Notes under the pieces: model-generated
Told to the model about the DNA's origin: nothing
The model's input: the letters and a program-made list of their open reading frames with translations, nothing else
Databases searched by the model: none
Assembly: GCA_002633005.1 (NCBI GenBank)
Contig: NMRA01000323.1
Location: forward strand, 330,817 to 394,816
Length of the DNA stretch: 64,000 nt
Direction of reading: 5' to 3'
DNA from: Phoronis australis
Lineage: Eukaryota > Animalia > Phoronida
Position numbers and translations under genes: made by a program
Part shown: piece by piece, positions 13,545 to 27,914 of the stretch
Layout of the letters: each line of letters begins with the position of its first letter
Numbering within the stretch: position 1 is the first letter of the stretch

Positions 13545-15989
13545 ATGGAATGTTTACATCATCATGGACGTTGCACAGGATGTGTCCTTGAACAGCTGAC
13601 AATGTATTGGGAATATGTCACTGAATTTCGGCACAGATGTTCAAGTTTTGACTTTCAAAACTTGACAATGATCATCAACTTTATTCAGAGTTGCATTATA
13701 ATTATATTAGCTGTAATTGTAACGTTTGGAATAACATATTTCTCTCGGTATTTTCCATTGAATCTTCACAGCGATTTCGTTTGGCCTCTGGCTACTCGGT
13801 TGGATACTCCAGATGAGGAACTCAGCCCCGTGACTTCACCTATTGGAACAAGTTTGGGATTTCCTTCTAGGAAAACCATTCCTGTTGTGACACCAGGTAT
13901 TTGAAAACAGGTCTACAAATCCACAGGGTCAGGGAAGGGAAAAGTTAGGTAGCATTTTGCGACCTAGCCAAAATCCCAGGTCGCTTTTTCAAAATCCAGC
14001 TCGCATTCATAAATGCCAGGTCGCAAAATTTTCCTGCAATTTTTACGCTCCAAAATTGATTGTTTAGATCATCGAGAAAATGTTTAGATGATACTGCAAC
14101 ATTAAATATTCACAAATTTCAGATCTCAAAATTGAGTTCGTTCATGCAGGTACGGCATTCACTAGTTCCTCTCAGAATTTGCCAGTGGCAACATTAGGCG
14201 CTACCTTGCATTTCCTAACCGGCAAATATGACTTCTTACAATAAGCACTTGCATCAACACCTGGACTTTTATGGCCTGCTTGTTTTGCTTGAGAGTTGGA
14301 AAAATGGGATCGTGGGTGTCATTGGTAACCATTACTTTTTCATGTTAACATTCTTTCCCATGTGCGCACCCAGTGGGGCTCAGGGGGGCTCGAATGAGCC
14401 CCACATTTGGCGAAGTGGGCAAAAAGGTCCGCCTGTGAGAAACAAAAAGTCCGAGAAAATGAGACAAAAGTTCACTAAACAAGGCACATTATATGCGCAA
14501 TTCACAGTGGTATACGCCCGTGTTTTTTTTTAGTCCGCTGGCCATTTTGTTACCAAAAGGTCCACAACATTAGGAATTCGAGCCCTCCCCCCCATATTGA
14601 AGGCTGGGTGCGCACATGTTTCCCGAACACTTCTGGTACTTGGGAACTAAATCCACCATTGGAAATTGAACTTCATTGCTTGAAAGGTGAAAATCCATTA
14701 ATCACAACAGATAAAAAGAGAAATAATGCCAACTGTTGTATAACTAAGCAACACAGTGCTGTAACTTGACTGATGTACACCACCCCTTATCAGAGCGATT
14801 TTAGTACCCCTAAAGAATGTAATGAAATTTGAATGAGGAATAACATGGTCATCACTTGACTTGCACTGGTGCCTATCATGATCATCATGGCTACATTTAT
14901 GATATTGTTGCACTCGTCTAGTTTTTCATTTAACAAATGGTAAATCAAGTTACACTTTGTTTCAGATGTTGAGGCAGAGGCACTGGCTGCCTTGAACCTT
15001 GCTCTGGAAATGGAGAGTAATGGTAAGCATGACAAGGCCATGAAGCTGTACCAGCATGCACTGGCGCTTGACCCGGTGCACGCNTGTACTCCAGGGCACT
15101 GACAGTTACACCGAATCACACAACAGCAATGTCCAATAAAAAACGAGCTTTACCTGTCGTGGAAGAGCTAGATCAAAAAATGTTTAATAGAATCGACAAG
15201 AAGAGAGAACGGTTGTTTTCACTGCCTGAAAACCATCCTGCCTTTAGGCGAGCTATAAAAGAGAGTTACTATCATCATATATATCATACAGTTGCTATTG
15301 AAGGAAATACAATGACCCTTTCACAAGCACGTTCCGTTGTTGAAACACAGATGGCGATTGCTGGCAAGAGCATCATGGAACACAACGAGATCCTCGGAGT
15401 GGACGCTGCCATGAGTTTTATCAACAAAACGTTGATTCACCGCATTGGCAACATTAAACTGGAGGACATTTTAGAGATACACCGCCGTGTCCTTGGCTAC
15501 TGTGATCCTGTCGAGGCTGGTAAGATGCGCAGTACTCAGGTATTCGTAGGGAACCACATGCCCCCCAAGCCTACTTTAGTCGAACCATTAATGGAAGAGT
15601 TTGTCTCGTGGCTGAACTCTGAAGAGGCTCTCTCACTTCACGCTATTGAGTATGCCGCTCTTGCTCACTATAAACTTGTTTATATACACCCATTTTATGA
15701 CGGCAATGGAAGGACATCTCGCCTATTGATGAATCTCATACTCATGAATGCAGGTTACGTGCCTGTCATTATACGCGTTGAAGAGAAGCACAAGTACTAC
15801 CAGCATCTAGAGACAGCAAATGATGGTGATGTAAGGCCGTTCATCAGGTTCATTGCCCAGTGTACTGAGAGAATGCTGGACCATTTTCTCATTGCAACTG
15901 GCTCCAGTCCTCTCCATATTAGTAAACTTCCTCCCCGCACATTTCAGGATGATTCAAGGACTATAGTTATGCCACAGGATCACCCATAG
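13545..15989 (+). CDS. FICD: FIC-domain protein adenylyltransferase FICD/HYPE
   Basis: Exon 13545-13896 carries the TM segment [17 protein letters not shown] and ends at a phase-1 GT. Exon 14966-15989 has the TPR ([26 protein letters not shown]), the inhibitory motif TVAIEGN and the FIC motif [12 protein letters not shown]. An N gap at 15084 interrupts the TPR. Confidence 0.95.
14359..14618 (+). mobile_element. MITE with CATG termini and 5-bp TSD, in the FICD intron
   Basis: TIR catgtgcgcacccag / ctgggtgcgcacatg; TTTCC on both flanks; internally similar to the copies at 55999 and 56293. Confidence 0.8.
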
Positions 15990-16204
15990 GTGGCAGTAGT
16001 CTTCACATCTTATATTCATTAACCCCAGTGTGTAAGTTGAAAGAGGACCTTGCCTTTCCGTATTCTTTACAGCGCAGAGATTGTTTTATCTACATTTATT
16101 AGTGATGAAATACAGTCTTAGCAGCCAAGTCCATGGATATCTTAGTAAATAGTCTAGCAGCAATAAAGATTATTTACTTATTAAATTAGATTTTGGCCAT
16201 GTCG

Positions 16205-16667
16205 TAGAAAGAAATTAAAAAATCTGCGCATTAAACTACATAGATTTTCATGTTCAACATTTCGCATAAAATTGCCAATATGAACATAGTTAACAATGCT
16301 CCTGAGTTTGGTCCTGAATTACCTGAAGTTTATTGCTCTCTACCGATATGTTGGTGCTGGTGGTTTCAAGGTCAAAAGTCAAGTTTTGGGACTTACATGT
16401 ATTAGTCCTGTTAATCGCTAGAGAACATAACAGAGATAACCCATTCAGGCTAACAAAGCTGCTCATTCACTCAAACAGCAGCAGAGCTCTGTTGCCTTGA
16501 ATCCCTGGTAATTTGCTGTGTTTGAGTACACTCGCTGCTAGTTTTGTGCTTGAGGCTGTTGAGCGTACATAGGTTTATTGTCTTGATAATGCTTTAATTT
16601 AGCCATTAAAGCGAAACATCGAATATGAAAATCTATGTAGTTGCATTGATTTTTAAATTTCTTCCGA
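16205..16667. mobile_element. Degenerate MITE downstream of FICD
   Basis: Inverted ends that include aactacatagattttcat / atgaaaatctatgtagtt. Confidence 0.55.
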
Positions 16668-17139
16668 TTTTTTGTTACTTTTGTCAAGTGACTGCATTGC
16701 CAGCATCAACCTTCGTTTACAACTCTGCATATCACAGTTGTTAATTCAATATCACAACAAGAGCGATGGGAAGTGTTGCCAAAATTTAATAAAAATCCTG
16801 CAGCGGGTTTAGGACATACAGCGCAAAAAAACAAAACTGCCACTAGGAGTCGCTGCAATAGTCGAAATCGTCGGAAAATCATCGTCAACCGTCAGATTCA
16901 CACTATGACATATATGCCAATTTTTACTGCCATCCTTAGAGTAATTTGATTGATAGAGTGGTGGACATTAAAAACAGGCCCGAAAAAAAGTAAAAAAAAT
17001 GGCCACTAGGTGGCGCAAAATACCTCGAATCTGTCCGAAAACAGGACGAAAGCATCAGTTCACTAATTCATGAAAATCCGTATCAGACAGTGTTTAGCTG
17101 ACATGCATTTGTTAATTACATCAGTTTTTGGCCACATTA

Positions 17140-17257
17140 AGATTCAAAAACGGACGATCGCCGCACACTCCCGATGATGTCTAATGAATAGCCTAGACGA
17201 AACGTTGAGCGAACATGAACTTTTTAATTTGTTCGGCGATCGTCCGTTTTTTAATCT
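17140..17257. repeat. Short inverted repeat/MITE
   Basis: agattcaaaaacggacgatcgccg ... cggcgatcgtccgttttttaatct. Confidence 0.7.
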
Positions 17258-20076
17258 GTCATGCCTTTGAAAACTTAGATTCTGTTGGTAAGAGCTGTTG
17301 AATTTATGCTAATGTGGTAACTAGTGGATTGATCTATTATTTCCATAATTCCATTGCATAAAAGGCCCGAGAGAGACCCACACTGCAGTAATAGCGTTCA
17401 AGCTCGTAAAACTTAACTTGAGAGGCATGGAACGCGAATTAAAGCTCGTCTAAAATATCCTTTAAACAATTCCTGACGAAATTAACATCTCGCAACGTCT
17501 AGTACAGAGCAATTCGCTTTCCCCTTTGAGGAAATTTCCAGAAAGAATCACAAAATTCACGATTTTAGACATACGCGCGAAGGAAAAACTGGTTATCACA
17601 GAGTTTCTAATCTCCCTTCCACCATACAGTGTAGATTATAGACAACAGACAACAGATTCGCAACTCAGTCATTTTCTTACGTGCGTGAGAACTAAAATAA
17701 AAAACGGGGTACTGCCGTGTGGTGGACTTTCGTCTCTTTGTTTTGGACTTTTCCCCTGGGTGCGCGAAATGCGTTTGTCTGCGTTGCTAGTTTTTATAAA
17801 GGTGGGCCTGTCTGTAGCCAACTACGATAAATTCATAAAAGGTTACGTGCAGTGCAATTCAAGCTTATTACAAATTAAAAATCCGGACTTTCAAACCGCT
17901 TGATCTGAGTTAACCTCTCACATCAAAATTATGAAATTGAAAATTAGCACACGTCAGCTTCACGTCCCTACCACTCCCTTTATCTTGCTTGCTACCTCTT
18001 AGGGTTCATTTCCCTTGCTTCCGAGGTTTTCCGTTATTCTGGACAGTGAATGAGGTTATTAGCTTTAGCAAATTTCACGTGGAAATAATACAATGACTTT
18101 ACGATTCATTGAACGGTGAAATTTTCAAGCGACTTATTTTCCAGGAAAAGTCTGAGATGGCGAACTGGAACGAGGATCTTGAATCCAAGTTTTCATCAAA
18201 AAATCAAGTAAATGCATTCATGTGCTTAAAGATAATTTGAATTTGAATTATGTTAAAGGCATCTTTTCCAAACAGCATATGAAACAATTTTATATGTGTG
18301 CAGTTGTTTGACAATGGCGATTTTTTAAATGGAAGGTGGTGCTTTCAGTATTTTTCTCAAATGAGTTTGTCTAAAATTGAATCGGCTACATGACTTAATT
18401 CGCCTCTTGTTTAGACCTCTTACTTTTTTAAATGCAATATCAATGTCAAATTGGAGTAAAGTTCGACATAACTGACAATTCGTTTTTGCTTGACATTTCG
18501 CGAGGTTGCGTCAGCAGAACCTATCCAATACTTTAACAGGACCATACTTAGTATCCGTTACGCACGGGACCTTTTTGTTACATTAGGAGTAGGATTGGTT
18601 CATATTATGTGGAGGTGGTGTAGGACTTTACAAAACCGATTGAAGAAATATGGTTTTGTCATCAATGTACGTTTGAAAGACTTAAGGTTGGAAATACTTT
18701 TGAAATAGTAGGAATTAAGATAGATTAAAAAAAAAAACATTTGTCTGCTTACAAAAATGTAACATTGAAGCATAAAAACAACCTTCATACCCCTTTGATA
18801 TCCCTGTTCCATGTTTGCAAAGAAGTTGAAACTCGGGTTAGTTGTCGGTATTTTCATAGAGTGCAGCGTACTTGGGTAAGATGGTTCAGGTTTTGTGCGG
18901 CATACAGTCGACATTAATAATTGAGTATGTAACCTGCTGTTGAATTGCAAGATAGGTTTTGACAGGTCCAGATGGTTATTTCTGAAGTATTAATGTAATC
19001 TTTATTTATGTTAAGGGTTTTACTAGCGTCCTATTTATTTGTACACGATTCAGTGTGAAGTTGTTGAAATCGCTGATCCAAATCCTGGCCAAATGTGCGC
19101 ATTCTGCTGTGACCACCGTCTGATCAGGGCCAGCGAAGAGTACTTTGGTTAATTCGCTCACTAGACTATGGCTGAAGGTCCTCGTAAGGACAAGAGTTCA
19201 CCAGTCACTACCTTTGGAAGAAATTTAGCGGTCATTTTTCATCAAAAAGTTTACCAGATAGTTTTTGTCAAAACGGAGAAAAGAAAAATGGATTTGCGAA
19301 AACAGGATTAACTAGTAGGCCTACCAGAGCCTCTTAAAAAACACCCATCTTCGAAGTGACGTGAACAAATGAACAAATTCTTTTTGGAGGAACAACTTCC
19401 ATTCACGTTCACAAGAGAAGTTAGCTTTTCCTCCCACAGCGGATTTTGGGGCCTCCGTACGCTATGAAAGCTTATCCTTTTGCATTTCGCGTGTGTGGCG
19501 GAACAACCGACCCCACATCAGCCGACCATCATTAGCAGACGACGTACTTGCCGGAAATTGCACCAGAAAATTTAGCTAGGTGTCGCCAGTGAATAATGAC
19601 GTAAGGGCTTGTGCGTAAGATCACAGATTTCGTCCATTGAAAGTATACGGAGTTGGCGGTCCATGTACTATAGTCTATGCTCCCGGCCACTTATGATTAA
19701 TGCGAACATGCGTTCATAGTCATTTGCTTAAAGTCGCTTGAGGTCAATGGTCACGTTTTCCATACAAGGGAAATGTGCTACATGTACGTCTATGTCGTGT
19801 CGTATCAAATGAGAGACGGCATACTGTGTTTTTCATTGCTTAGTCTAAATACTGTTATTTTTCACAGTTTTGTTTTTCGGGTGGTAGTTTCGATGTCACG
19901 TATAGTTTTCTCGCCAATCAATAAATTACAGTGCAAGCTTTTCTTGTTCTAACTCTTTAATGACGTGTTGTGTCGACACGTACGTTTAAATTTATTGCCA
20001 CTGATTGCAGCTGGTCTGGAAACATACATGTAGCAACCACTCCCATTTGTTTTTAGACAACCGGTTGAAATATACA

Positions 20077-20188
<112 letters not shown>

Positions 20189-20605
20189 TATATATGGGAG
20201 TGATCGATAAGACCGGGCGAATTGGTCTCATTGTTTTACACTGTCAGCAGGGAGTATGATGTGACATGTGACAATGCGACGTCATTGTTTATATTTGGCG
20301 CATCTCTTTAATACTACCAGGTCTAGGTAAGCAAAAACTATTTATGGAGATGGGTTTTTGTATCAATAACGGGAATCGCGACGTTTTTCTCCTCGCGATT
20401 TTTGCGCGATTTTCTGAATCATTTTTGTTCACTCTGAAAGCGGCAAACCGTGCAAGAAGACAAAGAGGTTCATGGTGTACATGTAGTGTCCTTGCAACAA
20501 GTAATTGATATAATTGCTATTGAAATTTACATCTGTGGAAGTACTGATGTTAATTTATATTTGATATTGTTTTATGTATAGAAATGGATTGCCATTTCAG
20601 TGACA

Positions 20606-21799
20606 ATGTGGATAGCAACATGCCTTCAAAAACGGCCTCTAACGGCGATAATCGTGCTGGTTGTTCTTCACATCGTTCTTGTCCACTTTAACTTGAGAAC
20701 TACGGGAAGACTGGGCGAAGAAGTGAAAGAGCTGTGTAGTTGTGCTAGTACTCGTGACACTCTACGCAAGCCCAATGGATTGGCCGAATGGGCATCCCCT
20801 GGATTTAAACAAGATACAAACGATGGCAACTGTTTCACTACTTTCGAAACAAACAATGGTACAGTTAAAAGAGAAGAGTTTGGCGCTAATAAGGTGAACA
20901 ATATGAGTTTATTTCACTGCTATCCCTTGAACGAAAATTTTAAAGAGATAGTCCGCCAAGCGCGACACGGAAATGCATCGGTGGTTTCCCCTATAAATAT
21001 TCATCCTTATAAACCTTTAACAATGGTGAATTGTGGTAACAAGAAGCATTTCATAGTATACTTAATAAAAAGTCGACCGCAAAATGTTCTAGAGAGAAAC
21101 GTGATCCGGAAGACGTGGGGCAACGAAAGTGTCGTACCTCATGTTTTAATCAAACGGGTTTTTCTTCTCGGACTCACAACGGAATACCGAATTCTGCCGA
21201 GGATCTTCGATGAACAACAGAAACATGGCGACATTGTAATGGAAAATTTTCCTGATGTCTATCTACACACTCGCATTAAAATGACGATGGGCTTTCGCTG
21301 GGCAACATCACACTGCCCTAAGGCGTCCTTTTTAGTTTTCCTTGACGATGATGTCATTGTTAATCCTTGGAAATTGGTAACGCATTTATCATCCGAAGAA
21401 GTACGGAGACAAAAATTATTATATAGCGGAGAGGTGCGCAGGGGGTATCGACCACACCGCTCTCTATCAAGTAAATGGTTTATTTCCATTATCGAGTATC
21501 CTTTTGATGCCTACCCAGCATTAGTTCCTGCAGCAACGGCAATAGTTAACATGGAGTTTGCTCGTCAGTTCGTGGTTGCGTCGCCCTATATCAGACCCGT
21601 GCATTTTGATGACGTATATCTGGCGATAGTAGCTCATAAATTAGGTGTCAAACCTAACCACACGGATAACGTTCGTAGTTATTGCTCGTATTACGAAGCA
21701 TCTAGGGGAAAATTTATTGCATGCGTGGGAGAGTTTGATCCCCATGTTGTGTGGTTCATTTGGTTTAAGTATCGTGAATTTTATTATCGAAATGGTTGA
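20606..21799 (+). CDS. GT31 beta-1,3-galactosyltransferase (B3GALT/brainiac-like), type II membrane protein, single coding exon
   Basis: Open 397-codon ORF with an N-terminal TM (AIIVLVVLHIVLVHF) and the GT31 motifs IKS..ERNVIRKTWG, VFLLG, EQQKHGDIV..FPDVY, FLDDDV, SKWFIS..YP and DDVYL. Confidence 0.9.
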   Translation: MWIATCLQKRPLTAIIVLVVLHIVLVHFNLRTTGRLGEEVKELCSCASTRDTLRKPNGLAEWASPGFKQDTNDGNCFTTFETNNGTVKREEFGANKVNNMSLFHCYPLNENFKEIVRQARHGNASVVSPINIHPYKPLTMVNCGNKKHFIVYLIKSRPQNVLERNVIRKTWGNESVVPHVLIKRVFLLGLTTEYRILPRIFDEQQKHGDIVMENFPDVYLHTRIKMTMGFRWATSHCPKASFLVFLDDDVIVNPWKLVTHLSSEEVRRQKLLYSGEVRRGYRPHRSLSSKWFISIIEYPFDAYPALVPAATAIVNMEFARQFVVASPYIRPVHFDDVYLAIVAHKLGVKPNHTDNVRSYCSYYEASRGKFIACVGEFDPHVVWFIWFKYREFYYRNG

Positions 21800-22496
21800 T
21801 TGGAGACTTTCACGAAATTTGGCGACTGATCCCTTGGAATCGTTGACGTACTGGGTGATGCCAGACAAAGTTCTAACTAAGGAGAAGCAGGTTAGAGCTT
21901 AGGCCCTACATAATGCAGTTAAGGAAAGTTAGCTTATTGTATTTCAGAGCTTGGAGTTTTTGTTTTGACTAAGGCAACTTCAAAAAAATACACATGCAAC
22001 TGAAAGATGTAGGGGTTGCTTTCTTTAATAAAAATTCAAACTATTTGTGCGCTGTGGCTATGCTCTCTATGACTAACATGATTACTTTCTATTACACCTT
22101 TCAGTTCATAATGTTGTGTTGATAATAATTCATACGTTAAAAATTATATTAATGGATTAGACATTTACGCGTTTTTATAAGCAATACCATGTGTTTCACA
22201 GAGACACTCGTTATTATGATTTTCTGGTTGTACTAGCCAAATTTCTCTGGGCTCTGATTTATTATTCTGCTAATGGGGTGGCATGACATATTGGCGCTCT
22301 CTAGAGTAATGAGAGCACGATTTAGAATTGATGGACAGGAATTCAATTACTGCATAGTTTATCGTTCAGAAAATGCATATGCTATCGTTATAGTCAATTT
22401 TTAAGTACGTACCACTCTGAACTAGTAAACTACGGTTTCCACCACGAAGCTTCGAGGTGATTTATTTGACCTGTTAAAAGAGATGGCTGCAAATAA

Positions 22497-22654
22497 CAGG
22501 GACGGATCCAGGATTTTGAGTTAGGGGTGGCCAAGGCAGAGTATTAGTCAGGATTTTGCCCGTCAGACATTCGCATCCCCGAACTGCCAAATGGAATCTG
22601 GCAAAATTTTAGTTGGGGCCATGGCCCCCTTGCCCCCCTCTAAATCAGCATCTG
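22497..22654. mobile_element. Small GC-rich MITE (second copy at ~29531-29688)
   Basis: cagggacggatccagg ... ctctaaatcagcatctg, flanked by AATAA on both sides. Confidence 0.55.
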
Positions 22655-25600
22655 AATAAAACAAAGATGAAGTTGTAGGAGAAAAAAGTTGAGTGCCCTC
22701 CTCCCATAAGTATTTTACTGAAATTAACACGTGCCATTGATTCAGGGGAGAAAACTGGCTCTCAAAATGTCGGACTAATATTGTCAATTCCAACCTCGTA
22801 TACCATATGCGGATTTAGGAGGGGCCCAGGGGGCCACCCCCTCCCCTTGGCTGCCGGAAGCAAAATGAAACAACAGCATCTTAAAGCGTGAGAAAATATT
22901 GAGTTCAGCAACTAGGGGGGCTAGGACGGAATCGTGCATTCCCTTTTTATTTTTTTTAGTCCACCGATAGATTTCCTGAACAAAAGGTCCACATCCCCGG
23001 CCCCCACAAATTTTTAGCAGCCTGTGTGCATACAAGCGCGATTTGCCCAATTCCCCGAGGCAACCTGTTGCTCCCCCCCCCGTTATGGTATCCTAGGTCC
23101 ACCACTGTATACAATGCCCTCTTGTAAATGCCTTTATTGACCTCGTGACCTCAAGGTCTTTTGTAGGAGAATGTTGTGCTTGAACTTTTGGGGTTTTCCG
23201 ATAAATGTTTGCTTTCTTAAGAGCGCAGTTTTCTGTGCTTCGCTTCTTCATTTCCAATCACATGATAACTGTCACTAATGGCCTGTTGTTAGGGCTGTAC
23301 CAGTGATTACGCTCGTTTCTGTTGAGCTGTTCAAACATTCTTTCCACAAGCGCCATCTTTTGGGCAATATTTGTCGTATGTCGCCAACGATAGAAGAATT
23401 CTGCACTAAATTTTCACGAGGAATTTAATTTCAGAAGCCATACATGTCAAAAAATTACCAGTTCCTGTCCTTGACGTTTCAAGTTATTTCAGCCAGTATT
23501 TTATTGCAGCTCATGTGATAATTACCCTGTACAACAAATTTGGAGCCTAGGCCAACTTTCTCTTGATTTCAAGGGACGGCAACATGGGTTAATGTAGAAA
23601 ACCTCTGTCCAACTACAAGATACCGGTGAACGATACGGTCTCCTAACGGCAAAATAGCTAGTAAAATCTTATTTTACTTAACTTCTGCAAGCTACTAAAN
23701 TATTGAAACTAAAAAATGAATAACAGTTACAGAACACTCAGAATTCCACGTTATAGACATACTGTTGTAGTTGTAGCGACAGCAGACGATAATGTAGGCC
23801 TTGTTCTTGGGGTGGTCTATTCGCAAATGCGACCCAGTCGCAAAATTACCTTTTTTACTCTCGCGACACCTAGCGACCAGATAGCGTATTTGATGACATG
23901 CGCGTCAATGTCCCCTAGTCTTCACAAGTGGAGGAGCATTTTATACATATTTGAATAGTTCGTGAAGAGTACACGTGATTAGGTTTTTGAGTTTTGAAAT
24001 CGGAAAGAAATGTGACTTTTACAACGTAAAACGTGCTGGGCGTGCAACACAATTGGGCCAATTACCAAACCAACTGGCAGCAGGTGGATTTAGAAGCAAG
24101 CCGTGTGACATCGTACAGTTCTTGGCATGGTGTCATTCTCCATTTTGACAGACACGTGGCTTGATGTTCTGATTGCAATTACTTTGTACACGACTGAGGG
24201 ACAGTTTGAGGCTGCGGAAATACCATAGGTTTTCCGGATGATTTGGGTATATATAGTCAAGTGCTGCGCCGCACACGATTTATGGGTGGTGCACCACAGG
24301 GGGTATAGCCCTCACATTTTTCAGTGCTGCGCCTCCCATGATTAGTCATGAGCACCATGACCACCTGGTGAGCATACAGTAATGTATCGCATTCAAGACT
24401 GGCCGTTTTATCAAGTTATTCGAAATGTTTCAGCTTTTAGCAGTCAACATTCTTTTTATAAAACCATCAGTGTTCAATTTTATGAGTTCGGCATTGATAA
24501 ATTGGCATCATAGCCATAGATTTTGACCATTTTTAAGTGGTCAAAATATTAAAATATCGTTATTGTTCGCGTCATTCAGAATAGAAAAACCTGTAAATAT
24601 ATGTGTTCACGAAAGAACTGTTCGTTCGATAGCGCTTGAGCCCACGTCCGAAGAGTTGGCTTTGCTTGTTCCACGGCGTCGATCATGACGCTAATCCTTG
24701 ATAATCGGAGTAAGGAGCAAATTTGTGACGGCAAAAAGTTACCGCAGACAGTAGATAGGTTTCAGTTCCGCCGTCAATGTCTATGCCACTGTAAATAATT
24801 CAACTGGTAATTTGCAATAAGAGCAAATCAATGTTTCAAAAAACTATGACAAAGTGCAGTATTTAATTCATCCCAAAATGGATACCGATTGTTTGTTGAT
24901 CTCAATCCAATTTCAATACGCACCCGACAATCATAAAATTTTTAATCGTTTTAGCGTTTTTGTTATGGCAATACTACGGAGCAAAAAGTTTAATTGTCCA
25001 TGCCGTGATATGATTAAATTTCAAGAATAGATGCATTTTTACTCATTGCGCTGGTGAATGTACGGAAACTTCGCTCGATTTGTCTGTGAAGATTTGTACG
25101 TGTGGTAACTTCCTGTAGTCTGTAATTATTGAGTAATACTGACGTAAATGCAGGTCAGAGACGCAAAAGAAACTAAAGAGGCTGTTATAGTTTATCCCAT
25201 ACGTATTGAATCAGTAGAGTGCAATACGGCCATGTAATAACATAGGCGGATTTAGGGGGGGGCCCAGGGTCTCGGGCCCCCCCCCCCCTTGGCTGCCGCA
25301 AAAAAATAAAACAGTAAGATTGTAGGGAAATAAATGTTGAGTTTATTAATTAACCCCGGTAATTAAAAGTATACGGATGAAAAAAGATTTAAATGTGTGC
25401 AGTTTTAGTGTTGGGGGGNACCTCCCGCACTACCTCAACAGCGACATCTGACAGAGAATGTCCAAAAGGTAGGTCAATGTCGACTCGACGTCGATAGCCG
25501 GTTCGATCACCAAACTTTTAGAAAATAGATTAAAGTAATGATTTGCAACAGTGAGAGTAATACTCAACATGCAATCAGGTCTCAATCGTAACATCCGGAA

Positions 25601-25766
25601 CAAGACTGTTAATTATATAACAGTTCTGTCTCAGTCATTTGCTAAAATTATATCGTCTGCAACTCAGGCGCCGATTCCACGGTAACTACAGTATCAAATA
25701 TTGTTGTTCTTTAATTATTTTCAGGAGATATTACAAATTCAGTGCTCAGTTGCTGTCGTTTTTACT

Positions 25767-26460
25767 CTGTTACCTCTTTTTAAGTAGTAAATCGTTACAT
25801 TTAAAACTGTTTCTTTTACTGGAGAAAACTTGCAACCTAACCGGGCGCAAGTACATACATATAGGATGTGATCCGCCACGTGAACAGTCTGAGAGAAGTA
25901 CTTAGAAAATCTGCGGGAAAATGTAAGAAACTTAGGAATTCGAAGCGTATGGGATAAATACAAAACGTACCTCGATTGGCGTACATAAAGTAATGTCCCA
26001 CTCGACATTATTCCGCGTGATAATGTCTCGTGGGATATTACTTCATGTATGCCATTCTCGGTACGTTTTGTGTATGTTTATTGCAATTGTACCCTGATGA
26101 TGCTATGTTCACTTTTATTGGAAGTCAATCCTAATGATATATATAAAATAAAGATACACAATGCACTGTTACCGTTATTTTCATCATTGTTATCTCTTTT
26201 CAAGTAATTTATCGTTACTTTTAAAATTGTTTCTTTTACTACAGAAATTTTGCAACGCAGCGCGCAAGTACATACGTATAGGATGTTATTCGCTTCGTGA
26301 ACACTCTGAGTGAAGTATTTAAAAAAATCTAACGAAAAAATGAAAGAAACTTAAGAATTCGAAGCGTATTGACCTCGACTTTGGGTTTAAGTAGTTACGT
26401 GGAAAAATGTCTCGTTGGATATTACTTCATTTACGCCACTTTCGGTACGTTTCATGTATA
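25767..26460. repeat. Degenerate direct repeat, two ~270-310-bp copies
   Basis: 25767-26076 and 26187-26460 share tgtttcttttact..gcgcaagtacatac.tataggatgt..gaattcgaagcgtat..ggatattacttcat..cggtacgttt. Confidence 0.8.
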
Positions 26461-26820
26461 CACTGTATACAACACTTATCTATCATCCGGAAAGGTGGGA
26501 CCCGGAATGCAACGAGTACGTTGTGCAACAAATCATGCTTCAACTAGTTAAAACTAGTTCTCTGTGTTAACGAATAATGTTGAATCATAAATCTGTCAAC
26601 GAACTTGTGACGTTTTGTTAACCGCGTCTAAAAGCAAAAAAATACGTAACGGCATTAAGCGGCTCCCAGAATAAAAATACTCATCTCTTACGCAACAACA
26701 ATCCATTGCAGTCAACAAGCTCTGATCTGCTACTGTAATTGAATAATGTGAGGCACACAAGTTTTTCAGTTAATAATTTCTAACAAAATCTATTCCCAGC
26801 GTTCTTCTGTTTGAAGCGCA

Positions 26821-27792
26821 TCAAAACAATGTGTTCCTTGAAGCAAGGAAAGTCGCATTTAGTTCCTTGGGATTCCAAGTACGACAGCAAGACCCCTGGT
26901 GGTCATAGACTTCGTGTCCGGTTTGGAAAAGCTTTCCATAAACCCAACAAATGTGGCTGTTACATGGTTGCAGCCGCCATTTTTTTCGATGGGAATCCCG
27001 CATCGAGGACATTTCCGGCGCTTTTCCGGATCGCCTTGCAGCCACACGTTCAAGTACTCCTCTTCTTTCGTCACTTTGTATTCTTCGCAAGAAAGGCCCA
27101 CGTGGAATGGCACGTGGCACGAGGAGCAAACTGCAGTCTGACAACAATCGCAGTTGAATTTGGCGGTGGTTTGCGACACCTTGTAGACATTCGGACAGTC
27201 AGGTGTTGGACAAAAGCGGTATTAGGATTTTTCGCGTTGTACGAGGGCAGATACGGCAGCTTCTTTGACGCGTTTTAGCAAAGTTGGTTGAAGTTTTTCA
27301 AATGTTATCAGATCTCGCCTTACCAGTGGCATATTGCACCCCTCTTTGGCGCAGACGATAGGAAATGCCTTGGTATCTACAGAACTTCCAACCATGTTAA
27401 GACCGCATTCTTTGCAGTAGGGATGGCCGCAAAACTCGAGGCGCTGAAGGTCATCTTTCTCTATAGGGACCAGCAGACAGCACAGTCGACTGATGCTTCA
27501 ACAGTCACGAGCGTCTGGGGCATGGTTGAAGCCACATCTTTCACGTCAGACAACACCTTTGCTTTGCTCTGCATTCCTCGGACCCATAGACACGCAAAGA
27601 GCGCACTTTCATGACCAACTCAACGCGTTCTGCGCCACATTTGGACCTGAGTGCTTCGAAGTCTATTCAGTATCTTCTGATGAGTTCTTTCAGTAGGCCA
27701 CGAGGCATTTCTTTTGAACACATACATGTACAGATGTCACAATAATCATGGGCTGCGTATGAGGACAAAAAGTCGTCGATTGCAACTCTCAC
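26821..27792 (-). pseudogene. Disabled RBR (RING1-IBR-RING2) terminal exon of DEAH-RBR paralog B, duplicate copy 1
   Basis: Colinear with the intact exon 48423-49406. Lesions: TGA at 27667-27669, a 5-nt duplication, a 1-nt deletion in RING1, an in-frame TAA before the IBR and a 16-nt deletion in RING2. The acceptor AG is intact. Confidence 0.9.
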
Positions 27793-27845
27793 CTGCAACA
27801 CGTATTGCGAGAGAAAATATATACGTAAAATCATAATCAACTACA

Positions 27846-27914
27846 CGTGTGTGTGTGTGTGTGTGCGTGCGTGCGTGCGTGTGCGTGCGTGCGTGCGTGC
27901 GTGTGTGCGTGTGT
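27846..27914. repeat. (GT)n/(GCGT)n microsatellite (duplicate at 31851-31920)
   Basis: Seen directly in the sequence. Confidence 0.95.

Noticed and set aside
18600-19250. Possible LINE reverse-transcriptase 3' remnant (also 41000-41560)
   Set aside because: No diagnostic RT motif could be read.
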